Source of the DNA: a virus
Taxonomy: Duplodnaviria; Caudoviricetes
Virus record (IMG/VR): IMGVR_UViG_3300032227_000651
Span: 1 to 46,376 of that record
Strand: one strand, 5' to 3'
DNA: 46,376 nt
Shown piece after piece: positions 10,127 to 19,869 of this stretch. A program made the translations under genes and the position numbers. The notes under the pieces are model-generated. The model saw only the letters and a list, made by a program, of their open reading frames with translations. It did no database searches and had not been told where the DNA came from. Within the stretch, counting starts at the first letter, position 1. Each line of letters begins with the position of its first letter.

Positions 10127-12947
10127 CTTTTGGCAGTAGGTGGCTGATGTCCATCTCTATTTCGTAGGCTTGAATGTTGGTAGCCCCAAATGCTTCCTTC
10201 CATCCTGATGCCATCTGCTTGCGCACCTTACCTTTGAGCACACCACGCCGCTCTAGGTTGGATTCAAACTCCCGTACGCCTAGCTTGATTTCCTTCAAGT
10301 ACGTCTTCATTGCTGACGTCGATATGAAAATCTTGCTCTCTTCCACTTCTGCTCGGATGTACAGAGACTGTCTAGGATCGGTGACAACCCTGCCATCTTT
10401 GATTACCAATGCGCTTTGGATGTACTTGTTAATAAAGTCACCAAGGATGTCTTCGTAGCTAGCAAGCCTGTTCTTGTTCTTGCCATTGACGGTGTCCATC
10501 ACTCCATCAGCAACTACGCTGATGATGCGGTCAAGATCAAAATTGAATAGCCCAAGCCTGTTGCCATCTTCACCAGCTACTCGTGCCACAGCCAACACGT
10601 TGGCAATGAAGCGTAACTCGGCGCTATCCGTGTAGTTCTTGCTGTAGTTCAAGTACTCGGCCTTGATGCGTGCCTTTACGTTGGGCAGCTTCTGTTTGAA
10701 CAGGTCTTTTATGAACACCGGCCCGGCGTGTCCGTAGTTGGTTTTCAAGGGTTCAAACATTATCAGGCCCCTTTGCATGTTCAGCTCGTAGCCCTTGACT
10801 AGGGGTTTCGGAACTTCAGGCTCAATGACCCGCACCTCTTCTGCGTTGGTGTTCGCCTTGTGCAGGGCCATAAGGTCTTTAAGCGGGGTGTTAGTCGTAA
10901 CAAGCGCCAACAGATTGGTCACAAACGACATTTCACGTTCTTGGTTAGTAGACGCTTGCATCCGCAGCTTGGGCATACCTGACGATATGTTGTAGGCTAG
11001 GTGGGATACTATCTTGCCATCGGTGTTGGACTGCTCATCCAGTCCGTATGGGATGTTCTTGCATGTGACCATGCGCTGCATCAGGGCGTTTTGGGTAGCA
11101 TCAAAAACCGCCAAGTTTTCGCAGTAGCCCCAGATGCTCAATGCGCCGTACAGCGCTCCGGTCTTGCCATTGCCAGCTTCTCCGTACAGCGAGTAGATAG
11201 CCCCAGCCACGTTTGTAAACTGCATCAGCGGTGAAGCCAACCCGCAGAGCACAGCAAAAGCATGGTACTCGTAGCCGGGGTCATTAAACATCTGAATGGC
11301 CTTCTTCCATTCATCAAACGAGCCCTTGGAGTGCACGTTCTTGACTACGTTCTTTGCCATCGGTGAAGGCGGGCAATACCGCTCGTCTCCGTTAGCCATG
11401 TACTCCACCGTACCTAGTACGAAGGATTCATTTTCATCTGTCCATCCTTGTTGCATACGCATGATATTTGCCTTTTGTGTTTGCATTAAAAAGTCCATCC
11501 ACTTCGTGATGTAGCTGGATATCGTTGGCCCATGCTTCTGGTCAAAGTTGATTCCTTGAAACAGCAGCGTTGCTTTCAACCTGTCTATCGCCCCAACGTC
11601 TTTTAGCGGTAGCAGGAACTCTCGGGATGGATCAATCGGTAAGACTGCGCGCATCACGAGGCACTCTCCATCATGTGGGCTGAACACCCGCATAACAGGA
11701 AAGAAGTCAATCGACGAAATCATTTCCGGGGGGTCTTGAACCATTCCTTTTTTCGTGGCTCGGGGAGGTGGCTGGTGATAGATTCCTCCATTAAGTCCTC
11801 GGGAGAAAGGTGCAAGTGCGTCGGGGAAGAAAGGAATTTTTTCGGTATCCGCTTCGCCCCGAATTGGTTCCTGCGTATCTGCTTGGTGCTCAAGTTCCAA
11901 ATCTGCGGACTGTTGGGCGACTCTAAGGATTTTGCCGAGTTCGATAGGCCCGCGCTTTCCAAACTGCCCGGCGTAGGGGCATCCACTGCATCCCCCAGCG
12001 TTTGCTTTTTCGAACGCTTCGCAACTGTGGGCCCACGCTGCGTCCCGGAGGGACTTGGAGCGCTTTTCTTCTGTACCGTCGTAGCTGTATCGACTGTCGT
12101 GGTTGGACATTTCATGGATAGCTGTATCAGCATCTCTACACCTAGCGGCGACAGATATTCCAGCGAACCACAATGGCTCTTCACAACCGTCCTCTGACAA
12201 TAGCTTTTTAATTTGTCCACAACCTTCTCCCTCTATACTTTTGATAGCAATTGTGTTGAAGTCGTATTCAAAATTGCTGTTACGTTTTTCATAGATAGCT
12301 TTCGTATCAGGGTCAAGACCCTTGTCTACTTTGCTTAAACTGAATGGCTCTTGTACTTCGCCAAACTTGTCTATCCAGTAATCAAACGGAAGAGGTTCAG
12401 CATCCTGTATGACTGCGACTGGAAGCGGTTCACCTTTAAGGTTGCGTGACCCCGGTACGCGCAGAACGCGCGCTAAGTCTGCCGTGACGGTTTCGTCAAT
12501 GTGCAGGGCATGGTCAAGACAAAACGCCTTGAACTTCTCTGCATAGGGCTTCCATTCATCCGCAGGAATCTCTTCAGTGAAAGGCCAATACGCATGTATG
12601 CCTCTACCCGAATTGACGATGATTGGGCTCGGTAGCTCAGTGTCGTTTACAAACTTATGTAACGCGACTAGTCCGTCTTCCCACAATGCGTACGGTTTGT
12701 TTTCCCCGCAGTCAAGGTCAACAAAAAACGCCCGCATGAAAATACACCCTAGAGCCTTGCGTTCGTACCCTTCAAACGTGCCTAATGCAAAGAATGTGTT
12801 GTAGTCATCAGCATCAAACTTCACCATCTCCGCGATGGCGTCATCTATGTCATCAACAAACCGTGGCTTTACGCTCTTATTTTTGATTCCTACTACACAT
12901 ATATTGCCCTGCGTCGGCAGCACTTTCTCAAAAAATTGTTTATTCAT
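10104..12947 (-). CDS. Primase-helicase fusion (AEP/RepB-like primase plus DUF927-like/P-loop helicase)
   Basis: Primase motifs FFVDLD, NSGRGIHAYW and DLARVLRVPGS, a Cys cluster (HSC..CSGC), Walker A GEAGNGKT and Walker B YGLDE. Start reassigned to ATG 12947 (MNKQFF). Confidence 0.85.
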   Translation of the reverse strand: MNKQFFEKVLPTQGNICVVGIKNKSVKPRFVDDIDDAIAEMVKFDADDYNTFFALGTFEGYERKALGCIFMRAFFVDLDCGENKPYALWEDGLVALHKFVNDTELPSPIIVNSGRGIHAYWPFTEEIPADEWKPYAEKFKAFCLDHALHIDETVTADLARVLRVPGSRNLKGEPLPVAVIQDAEPLPFDYWIDKFGEVQEPFSLSKVDKGLDPDTKAIYEKRNSNFEYDFNTIAIKSIEGEGCGQIKKLLSEDGCEEPLWFAGISVAARCRDADTAIHEMSNHDSRYSYDGTEEKRSKSLRDAAWAHSCEAFEKANAGGCSGCPYAGQFGKRGPIELGKILRVAQQSADLELEHQADTQEPIRGEADTEKIPFFPDALAPFSRGLNGGIYHQPPPRATKKGMVQDPPEMISSIDFFPVMRVFSPHDGECLVMRAVLPIDPSREFLLPLKDVGAIDRLKATLLFQGINFDQKHGPTISSYITKWMDFLMQTQKANIMRMQQGWTDENESFVLGTVEYMANGDERYCPPSPMAKNVVKNVHSKGSFDEWKKAIQMFNDPGYEYHAFAVLCGLASPLMQFTNVAGAIYSLYGEAGNGKTGALYGALSIWGYCENLAVFDATQNALMQRMVTCKNIPYGLDEQSNTDGKIVSHLAYNISSGMPKLRMQASTNQEREMSFVTNLLALVTTNTPLKDLMALHKANTNAEEVRVIEPEVPKPLVKGYELNMQRGLIMFEPLKTNYGHAGPVFIKDLFKQKLPNVKARIKAEYLNYSKNYTDSAELRFIANVLAVARVAGEDGNRLGLFNFDLDRIISVVADGVMDTVNGKNKNRLASYEDILGDFINKYIQSALVIKDGRVVTDPRQSLYIRAEVEESKIFISTSAMKTYLKEIKLGVREFESNLERRGVLKGKVRKQMASGWKEAFGATNIQAYEIEMDISHLLPKDEEAVAG

Positions 12948-12959
12948 ATTCGCAGAGAC

Positions 12960-12983
12960 AAAAACGGCGGGGGCCACCCCGCC
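12960..12983 (-). terminator. Intrinsic terminator/attenuator-like hairpin just upstream of the primase-helicase
   Basis: Minus strand GGCGGGG-TGGC-CCCCGCC followed by GTTTTT. Confidence 0.55.
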
Positions 12984-13000
12984 ACTAAAGAAATGGCTTT

Positions 13001-13339
13001 TCAGCCCGCTTCGTGTTCTCTAGCAGTTCTGATAGGACGACCAACCATGTCCCGTAGATACGCCTTTGAGTCACGTAGGTTCTTGCACGGCAAGATACCT
13101 TTTTGCAAATCCTCCTCTATAAGAGCTATGAAGGTTTCAATGCGCGCCCTCTTCTTAGGGCGTATAGCCCCGCCTCTGAACCACGTATGAATAGTGGCTC
13201 TAGTGGTATCAAATACTTGGGCGACATACGCCGCTGGTAAGTTGGCAGCTACGCAAGCTTTCGCTAGTTCAGTGCCTAACCGATACACAGCCAAGTTATT
13301 CAATAAGTCGTACAACTCGGGGCTATAGCTTCGACTCAT
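13001..13339 (-). CDS. Putative HTH DNA-binding protein
   Basis: 112 aa. AAYVAQVFDTTRATIHTWFRG fits a Cro/XRE-like helix-turn-helix. Confidence 0.6.
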   Translation of the reverse strand: MSRSYSPELYDLLNNLAVYRLGTELAKACVAANLPAAYVAQVFDTTRATIHTWFRGGAIRPKKRARIETFIALIEEDLQKGILPCKNLRDSKAYLRDMVGRPIRTAREHEAG

Positions 13340-14169
13340 TACTTCTTAGTCCACTTTTTCAAAACGTCAGTCACATCCTCTGCCTTTGCAGGAGCGGCTT
13401 TAGCAGTCTCGCGTTTCACGGGTGCAGACTCTTCGGGCTGTGCCACCTCTATTTCTTCAGGCGCATCGGACTTGTACACAGTCATCTTGACAGCGTTCTC
13501 AGCAGCAGGGGTTTTGCTTTGCTGCGTCACAATATCGCGCGACTCAGGCGGCACTGCGGCTTGCGGGGAAAACAGCAGCTTGGGAGTAGACGAGTTAGTA
13601 TCAAACTCCATCTTGGTCACAACGCGCCCAGCGGAGACGTTGTTATTAGCAAGCATCTGCACGTAGGGGCGGAAAGGCCAACGACCGTTCTCTTCCTTAC
13701 CAAACGCCGAAGTAGCTGGCAACACCAACTGATACACATCACCGCCCGGATCGTTCGGAAGAACCACTGCGGTACGCCAAGACAAGCGGCATGCTGCTCC
13801 TGTACCGCCTTGACCTGAACCCTTGACAGAGTTCGGGCATGCAGCGCATGTAGGTGCGCATGGCTCTTTCACGTCTGCGTCGGGGGTCTTGGAATCGTTC
13901 GACCAGCAACTAGGCGAAATCTTGACGCCCTTCTTGTACGTCTGGCTGTAGTAGGTACGGGAAGCGTCATGTGCCATCTTCACAAAGATGACGTTCATAG
14001 AGATGTCGGTGTTGACGCTTTGCTCTTTACCGTTAACAATTTTACGGAATACACGCCCTTCGATTGAAATGCGCTTATTGCCTTTGGTTGCTCCACCAGC
14101 AACTGCAAGGGTGTCTTCATCAAGACCGAGTTCTACCAAATTACCGAGGACTGCGAGTTCATTACTCAT
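13339..14169 (-). CDS. Putative single-stranded DNA-binding/recombination protein
   Basis: 276 aa with Cys motifs (CWS, CAAC, ACR), a low-complexity tail ending LKKW, and a position inside the replication module. Confidence 0.5.
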   Translation of the reverse strand: MSNELAVLGNLVELGLDEDTLAVAGGATKGNKRISIEGRVFRKIVNGKEQSVNTDISMNVIFVKMAHDASRTYYSQTYKKGVKISPSCWSNDSKTPDADVKEPCAPTCAACPNSVKGSGQGGTGAACRLSWRTAVVLPNDPGGDVYQLVLPATSAFGKEENGRWPFRPYVQMLANNNVSAGRVVTKMEFDTNSSTPKLLFSPQAAVPPESRDIVTQQSKTPAAENAVKMTVYKSDAPEEIEVAQPEESAPVKRETAKAAPAKAEDVTDVLKKWTKK

Positions 14170-14178
14170 GGTTTTTCC

Positions 14179-14592
14179 TTAAACTGAAATTTCACTGGTT
14201 GTACTGGCCTTACGTACGACAATGTCGTATTCCCGCAAGGCATTCACTCCGGGAGGCAGACCGTCGGCCTGTCTACTAGATATGAATTCTTTGAAGTTGC
14301 GTTGATGGATACGCCGTTCAAGCAAATCAATGGAGCCTTCTGCCTCCACGAAAGTCTTGAAGTGTTCCCAGTCGGTGCAAAAAAATCTTTCCTTGACCTG
14401 TCGAGTGACAGTGCCATGTGAGGTCTTGAGGCCGTTGGTGTTCGTGTCGTTGCAAATCGCAAGCAATGCTTGCTCCAAGAGCACCATGTCTTCCTTGAGC
14501 TCGCTGTCTTGCGCGTCAAACTCGGCCTTCAATCTTTCACGTTCCCTTCGAATCGCCAAATAGGTTTCTACTAATGCATCCGTATCAGCCAT
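14179..14592 (-). CDS. Conserved coiled-coil phage replication-module protein
   Basis: 137 aa from ATG 14592 (MADTD), with an N-terminal coiled coil, TSHGTV, DW..F and LPPGV. Confidence 0.6.
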   Translation of the reverse strand: MADTDALVETYLAIRRERERLKAEFDAQDSELKEDMVLLEQALLAICNDTNTNGLKTSHGTVTRQVKERFFCTDWEHFKTFVEAEGSIDLLERRIHQRNFKEFISSRQADGLPPGVNALREYDIVVRKASTTSEISV

Positions 14593-16162
14593 TGCTTTCT
14601 CCTTCAACTTCTTCACGATACAGGTCTACCAATTGTTCGTGCATATCTACTTTGCTCTGAAGCATTGTGTACATGCGCCGCTCCACCTCAGACCCTTGGA
14701 GGTGGATTACCGTCATCTTGTTTTTTTGTCCTACGCGGTCAATCCGCGCTATGCACTGTAGATACGTTTCCACAGACATAACAGGAGACCAAAAGACCAC
14801 TGTGTCAGCCGCAGTCAAAGTGACACCATGCGATGCCGCTTGAGGTTGAATCAGTAGAACCTTTGGGTGTTGTGTGGTTTGGAATGAGTTAAATATGCTT
14901 GTTCGTTTGTTGGGTGTTGTGTCTCCTGAAATGATTTCGTTGGTGATTCCGTGGGTGTTCAAATGGTTGGCTACCATAGACAGCGTATGTCTGTACGGTA
15001 CAAAGATCAGCACCTTCTGCGCTGTCTCGTCTAGAACTTCGCGCAGTACTGACAGTCGGGGAGCTACATCAAACTCCACCACGTTTCCGTCATCTGTATA
15101 CACGGCCCCGCCTGACAATTGAAGCAAGCGGCTAACTGCCGCAGCAGCGTTGACTGTGCTAATCGTCTCGCCAGCAGCCTGTATCTGCATCTCTTTTACT
15201 AGGACACGGTAGTACCTTGCTGCTTGGGGAGTTAAAGGAACAAGGCGGGTCTGATAGGTGACCTCGGGTAAATCCAAGCATTGGGACTTCTCATACCGGA
15301 TAGCGGGCTGGAGCGCCTTGAACACGGTGTCTCGGGATTCAGGTTTTGGAACCCACTTGTATCGCGTTATTTGGCGCATCACGGCGTCTTTCCAAGCAGA
15401 GGCGTACTTGGGTACTCCCGTTGGGTTTACGAGCTTGGCAAGGCCAAAAGCGTCTTCAGGCGACTGTGATGCAGGGGTGCCTGTCATCATCCACAAGTAG
15501 GTATCGGGGGTCAAAATCCTAGCTAGGGTACGCCAGCGCTTCGTTGACGTCGTCTTGTACGCATTGGCTTCATCGACAATGATTAAATCAAATTTGGCGT
15601 TGATGATGTCTTTCTCTACGACATTTACCCCGTCGTAGTTGATGATGACAAAGTCATACACACCGCCAATGATTTTCTTGCGCTTCGATGTAGTGCCATG
15701 CGCTACGCCGCATGTACGATGCATAGCTGTCTTGAACAAGTCTGCCTGCCATGCAGCCTGCATGATAGATAGAGGGCAGATGACTAGTACGCGCTTCACG
15801 ACCCCCTGATTCATTAAATAGTCAGCTGCCCATATCGCAGCGGAAGTCTTGCCTGTACCCGCCTCATTGAAGCAGAACGCGCGTCGATTCAATGTCAGAA
15901 ACCGTGATGTATCTCTTTGATGAGCGAACGGCATGAACATGCCGGGCCACGTGTAGTCACGCTCAATCGGTGATGGCACTTTTATGCTTGGTGGGGTAAT
16001 GCGCGCAAGGCGCTGCATTTCGTCTAGACCCCAGTGGACGATTACATCTGAAACGCCATCCTTGTCGGACAGCACTTCACTTTTTTTGATGTAGCCGGTT
16101 ATGGAATTGCCGATGTCAGAAGGACATACAAAGCGCACAGCTACATTGTCGATGATATCCAC
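14585..16162 (-). CDS. SNF2-family (SF2) helicase
   Basis: Walker A EAGTGKT, ICPLS, IIVDEA, MTGTP, HGVTLT and QCIARIDRVGQ motifs. GTG start with AGGAG RBS. Confidence 0.9.
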   Translation of the reverse strand: MDIIDNVAVRFVCPSDIGNSITGYIKKSEVLSDKDGVSDVIVHWGLDEMQRLARITPPSIKVPSPIERDYTWPGMFMPFAHQRDTSRFLTLNRRAFCFNEAGTGKTSAAIWAADYLMNQGVVKRVLVICPLSIMQAAWQADLFKTAMHRTCGVAHGTTSKRKKIIGGVYDFVIINYDGVNVVEKDIINAKFDLIIVDEANAYKTTSTKRWRTLARILTPDTYLWMMTGTPASQSPEDAFGLAKLVNPTGVPKYASAWKDAVMRQITRYKWVPKPESRDTVFKALQPAIRYEKSQCLDLPEVTYQTRLVPLTPQAARYYRVLVKEMQIQAAGETISTVNAAAAVSRLLQLSGGAVYTDDGNVVEFDVAPRLSVLREVLDETAQKVLIFVPYRHTLSMVANHLNTHGITNEIISGDTTPNKRTSIFNSFQTTQHPKVLLIQPQAASHGVTLTAADTVVFWSPVMSVETYLQCIARIDRVGQKNKMTVIHLQGSEVERRMYTMLQSKVDMHEQLVDLYREEVEGESNG

Positions 16163-16190
16163 TCACACTCCTAGACTGAATTAAAACGGC

Positions 16191-16368
16191 TTAACGTGCA
16201 GGGGTACGCCCTGCACGGTTAACCCTGTCACAGCGGAGCGGGAATGCGAAAGTCACATCACGTTACTGCCGGTTAACTGACTATGGTTTTAGCCGCAATG
16301 CAAAGCCTAACGAGCCACTCATGCCTTATGCCCGACCGAAGTGCGAAAATCGAAAAACTGCTTCGGTA
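16191..16368 (-). ncRNA. Candidate structured 5' leader/ncRNA upstream of the helicase-SSB-primase operon
   Basis: About 200 nt of non-coding sequence after a strong promoter, with hairpins at 16335-16367 (ACCGAAG/CTTCGGT) and 16191-16222 (TTAAC-GTGCAGGG/CCCTGCAC-G-GTTAA). Confidence 0.4.
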
Positions 16369-16373
16369 TCCGT

Positions 16374-16402
16374 ATTATGGGGGCCACCGCCGCATTAGTC
16401 AA
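16374..16402 (-). promoter_or_regulatory. Sigma70-like promoter TTGACT-N17-CATAAT
   Basis: Near-consensus hexamers with a 17-bp spacer in an intergenic gap. A GGGTTAACCC palindrome lies just upstream of the -35. Confidence 0.7.
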
Positions 16403-16428
16403 GTAGGGGTTAACCCTAACTTTACACT

Positions 16429-16683
16429 TTATTTCATCGACCCATCAGACTTGCGGGCAAATGAACGATTCTTACTTGGACTCTCAAGCCGCACACCATC
16501 CTTGTTAGAGCCGCCTTTAGACAGTGCTTTGACATGGGCTACATCTTTGCCAGTGCGGTCAACGCCCTTGGCATCAAGCTTCCTTCGCGCGCGTTGGCGC
16601 TCCATGCGGTTGGGCAGTTCGCCACGCTCTTGCTGCTGCTCGTACTCTTTCTTGTACGGCCTCGGTTTATTGACGTACGGCAT
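16429..16683 (-). CDS. Small HNH-like endonuclease
   Basis: 84 aa, basic. KDVAHVKALSKGGSN...N is an HNH-type signature. Confidence 0.65.
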   Translation of the reverse strand: MPYVNKPRPYKKEYEQQQERGELPNRMERQRARRKLDAKGVDRTGKDVAHVKALSKGGSNKDGVRLESPSKNRSFARKSDGSMK

Positions 16684-16864
16684 CTTTAATCTCCTGCAAA
16701 TGCGCGGTTGCTGCGACGGCAGCGCGGGTTTCCACGATTGCTAGTTTAAGCTGGTCGAGGGCCAAAGCGTAGTCCTCTTCAAGCAAGTAGCCGTACGATT
16801 TCTTCAAGGCGGTTTCTGCCGCCATCAGGGGATAAGCGTAGTCTATCAACTTGGGGTTTTCCAT
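16667..16864 (-). CDS. Hypothetical protein
   Basis: 65 aa, translationally coupled to its neighbours. Confidence 0.6.
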   Translation of the reverse strand: MENPKLIDYAYPLMAAETALKKSYGYLLEEDYALALDQLKLAIVETRAAVAATAHLQEIKDAVRQ

Positions 16865-17523
16865 TACTTTTCCTTATAAAACTGGCATCGTTTTACGGGG
16901 CACCATCCGCACAACGCCGTTGGGTTTTCCTGCCACACACCGTTCTCATGCGACAAACGAAGACGCTCAAGGTGGGGGTAGAAGTCTTGCCATAGCTTTT
17001 CTTCATCAGCACGGGCATATTCAAACGTGAAGAAGTGTTCGTGCATCACAAACAGCAGACCGGCCTTCACATGGTTGACTTGGGGGAAATGCGCAAAGGC
17101 CATCAAAGCCATCAGCTGTAATTGTTTCGGGTCAGGGTATTTACTACTGCCTGTTTTATAGTCAACGATGAATGCGGTATCGCCGTTGAGAACAACCAAG
17201 TCTGCAATCCCGCGCACCCAGTACTCTCCCCACTTGCACGGCTTGCGGTCAAACCCGACTGCCATACGCAGTTCGGGATGCTTTTCGCCTTCCATGTCTA
17301 TCAGCGGTTGAAGCTGCTCGGCAAAGCGCTTGTAGTTGGCGGCTAAGGGTTTACCCTCACCCACATAGTCTTCGATGGCTTTATGCACTTCTGTGCCGTA
17401 GCGCATCTCGGCAGTAGGGAACTTGGTGTAGTTCTTCAGTACTTTTATTTCTTGGTACTGACGGGGGCAGTTGATGTAGTCTTTAAGGCTAGAGAACGAC
17501 CATTTGACTTCGTGTGTTTGCAT
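16864..17523 (-). CDS. PD-(D/E)XK exonuclease (Cas4/RecB-like, four Cys)
   Basis: SFSSL..Y..CP, GTEVH, RGIADL..IVDYKTG, QLQLM and LCGWCPVKRC. Confidence 0.85.
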   Translation of the reverse strand: MQTHEVKWSFSSLKDYINCPRQYQEIKVLKNYTKFPTAEMRYGTEVHKAIEDYVGEGKPLAANYKRFAEQLQPLIDMEGEKHPELRMAVGFDRKPCKWGEYWVRGIADLVVLNGDTAFIVDYKTGSSKYPDPKQLQLMALMAFAHFPQVNHVKAGLLFVMHEHFFTFEYARADEEKLWQDFYPHLERLRLSHENGVWQENPTALCGWCPVKRCQFYKEK

Positions 17524-17561
17524 AACTGATTTTCACAAGTGGTTTAGAAATGTGAATACTA

Positions 17562-19430
17562 TCAGCAATCGCCGTAGGTTGCACCTACTTTTGCTTCGCA
17601 AGCAACCGGAAGTCCTGTAGCCCAATCGGGCGGTGTATGCATCACCTCAGTGATGTACTTGACAGCCTCGTCTACATCGTCATCTTCGACGACTACCACA
17701 GCGGCGTCATGCACGGTCAGAGCCACTCTATGCCTTTCAGCGATGGCAATCATCTGCTTGCCTACAACGATTCGCGCCAAGGCTTGCACCACGTTCTCCA
17801 CGACAGTACCGCCCCAAATTGAGACTTCACCTCTCCGTGAATCGTAAACTACCTGTGACTTCCCGTCTTTCTCTGTGCGCCGTAGGTTGGGGTAGTGGAT
17901 GCGTAGGCCATTGGGCAAGATGATGCCATCGTTGTCGTAGAAAACACACCCGTGTTTACCAAACTGAATGGGCTTCTTTATGCCGTTCATCATGGCAGAC
18001 AGCATGCTGTCCCCATCACTCCATAGGTCAGGTATCTTGTCGTTCTTGTCCCTGTAGATAGTGACGATGTTTTTGCTTTCTTCGTCTGTAAGCTTGACGC
18101 TCATAGGTTGGGATGTTGCTAGGGTGAGTTGTAGCTTTGTGGCCCCTGTGCCATAGCCCAATCCCAAGATGCATGTCTTACCTACAAAGCGCTCTAGCGG
18201 ATCAGCTTTCGTTATCTTCCGCTTGTAGACCTCGGAGGCGAACACCGAGTACACATCCTCGCCATCTGCAAATAGTTTGACTAGGTCATCTTGCCCTGCC
18301 AACCACGCAAGCACGCGCGCTTCAATCTGTGAAGAGTCTGAGTTGATTACCTTGTAGCCCTCGGGCGGCACAATGGCCTTCTTCAGCGCCTTCTTCTTTG
18401 CGTCTCGGCTAGGCAAGTTCTGAAAGTTGACCTTGTCTGTGCCTGACCAGCGCCCTGTATGCGCGCCGTAGTACTTCAACGGGATAGGCAGTCGCCCCTT
18501 GTTGCGTATGCCAATAGCCATGAAGCGCTCAAGCCGCTTCTCTTCAAGCGTTGACTTGGTTCCCAAGCGCACAGCGCATAGGTGCTGAACAAAAGAGTCT
18601 TCATGCTCGGTAAGCGCAATGAACCCTTCGTCCTTCTTGGCTAGGGCAGGGATTTCTTTCTTCTGCTTCTCGCTCATCTTCATAGGCACAGGGATGTTGA
18701 ACTTCTCCAGTACCTTTGCAAATTTGGGATTGCTAGAAATCTTCTCACGGACTTCCTCCTCCGTGGAGCACTCGAGGTCGCTCATTAGAGATGTGAGTAG
18801 CGTAGTCTTTTCTTGCACCAAGTCATCAAACCGCTCCCGCAGGGTATCTTGGTCAACATACAACATCGGGTCGGTGAACATACGCAACGTCATGTCTATC
18901 AGCTTCAACTCGTCTTGGTCAAAGTTGGGGAGCATGCACAGAAATAGCTTGTATGTCAGCCGCACATCGTTCTTGCAGTACTCGCCGTACAGCGCAAGTT
19001 CTTCGGGAGTGAATTCTGCGCGTGTCTTGTTGATGGCCTTGACGACCTCGTCGCCTTTCTTGCCAAGTTCGTAGCGCTCCGTCAGGGCAGCTAAGGAGCC
19101 GCCTACTTCAACGCCGTGTATAGCCCGTGCCATGCACAGGGTGTCCATCAAGACCATCGGCTTGATGTTGAAAATCCAACTCAGAATTGCGCCATCGAAT
19201 AGCATGTTGTGTGCTAGAACGGCGCTCTCCTTCCAGTTAAATTGTTTTAGGTGTTTACGTAGCTGTTCACGGGTGCCTGAAAACCAAACAGGCTCCCCGT
19301 CCTCTACTTGTACAGACACACCGATGACCTCAAACCGAGGGTCGCGGACATACTCTTCAGTAGTCTGCTTTTTGAACCCAAGGTCTGAGTCGGTGTAGTA
19401 CGTCTCGAAATCAAGCGTGATTAAACGCAT
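17562..19430 (-). CDS. polA: Family A DNA polymerase with 3'-5' exonuclease
   Basis: Exonuclease motifs LDFETY, AHNMLFD and YCKND. Polymerase motifs TGRWSG, NFQNLP, A (DSSQIEAR), B (KTCILGLGYG) and C (TVHDA). Confidence 0.93.
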   Translation of the reverse strand: MRLITLDFETYYTDSDLGFKKQTTEEYVRDPRFEVIGVSVQVEDGEPVWFSGTREQLRKHLKQFNWKESAVLAHNMLFDGAILSWIFNIKPMVLMDTLCMARAIHGVEVGGSLAALTERYELGKKGDEVVKAINKTRAEFTPEELALYGEYCKNDVRLTYKLFLCMLPNFDQDELKLIDMTLRMFTDPMLYVDQDTLRERFDDLVQEKTTLLTSLMSDLECSTEEEVREKISSNPKFAKVLEKFNIPVPMKMSEKQKKEIPALAKKDEGFIALTEHEDSFVQHLCAVRLGTKSTLEEKRLERFMAIGIRNKGRLPIPLKYYGAHTGRWSGTDKVNFQNLPSRDAKKKALKKAIVPPEGYKVINSDSSQIEARVLAWLAGQDDLVKLFADGEDVYSVFASEVYKRKITKADPLERFVGKTCILGLGYGTGATKLQLTLATSQPMSVKLTDEESKNIVTIYRDKNDKIPDLWSDGDSMLSAMMNGIKKPIQFGKHGCVFYDNDGIILPNGLRIHYPNLRRTEKDGKSQVVYDSRRGEVSIWGGTVVENVVQALARIVVGKQMIAIAERHRVALTVHDAAVVVVEDDDVDEAVKYITEVMHTPPDWATGLPVACEAKVGATYGDC

Positions 19431-19869
19431 TGGTCTCTTGCAGCTTGTTGGCGTACCACACTAGCTTGCCGATGTCTTCCACGGCGTCGTCTTTATGCCC
19501 TGCTCGGCTTGTGTACTTCAGTATGTTGCCTTTCAAGTAACCACGGAATTCTTCAGGCGTAAGCTTGGCCTTGATGTAGTCAATGACTTCAATACCGCCT
19601 ACCTTATAGTGGGGTGGACTGTTGACCATGTCCACTTTGGGCTCTTCCATGGTGATGGGTAGTTCCTTATGCGTAGGTTGCATCCGAAGCTTTGGTTTTG
19701 CAACTTTAGCCGCGCCAATGAGCGCCGCTTTCTTACGCAGAGAATGCCGAATCACGTAGACATGCTGCACACTGATACCGAACTTCTTGGCAATTTCTGA
19801 AGATTTCGCTTCAGGGTGTGCTGACATGTAATTAATGACACGGATTGATGTTTGTGTTCGTTTAGCCAT
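19411..19869 (-). CDS. DUF3310-like protein with N-terminal HTH
   Basis: DMVNSPPHY...IEVIDYI...GNILKY.SRAGHK..EDIGK..WY, plus N-terminal SSEIAKKFGISVQHVY. Confidence 0.8.
   Translation of the reverse strand: MAKRTQTSIRVINYMSAHPEAKSSEIAKKFGISVQHVYVIRHSLRKKAALIGAAKVAKPKLRMQPTHKELPITMEEPKVDMVNSPPHYKVGGIEVIDYIKAKLTPEEFRGYLKGNILKYTSRAGHKDDAVEDIGKLVWYANKLQETNAFNHA

Noticed and set aside
12966-16392. GGTGGCCCCC shared by the promoter spacer at about 16380 and the hairpin at about 12975
   Set aside because: Only 10 bp, two copies, in different contexts, so compatible with chance.
16283-16744. 153-aa plus-strand ORF over the leader region
   Set aside because: It is antisense to the HNH-like gene and the promoter, runs against the whole operon, and has no recognisable features.
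16864-17523. Cas4 as a sign of a CRISPR-Cas system
   Set aside because: It is a stand-alone Cas4/RecB-like exonuclease next to polA, with no cas1/cas2 and no array.
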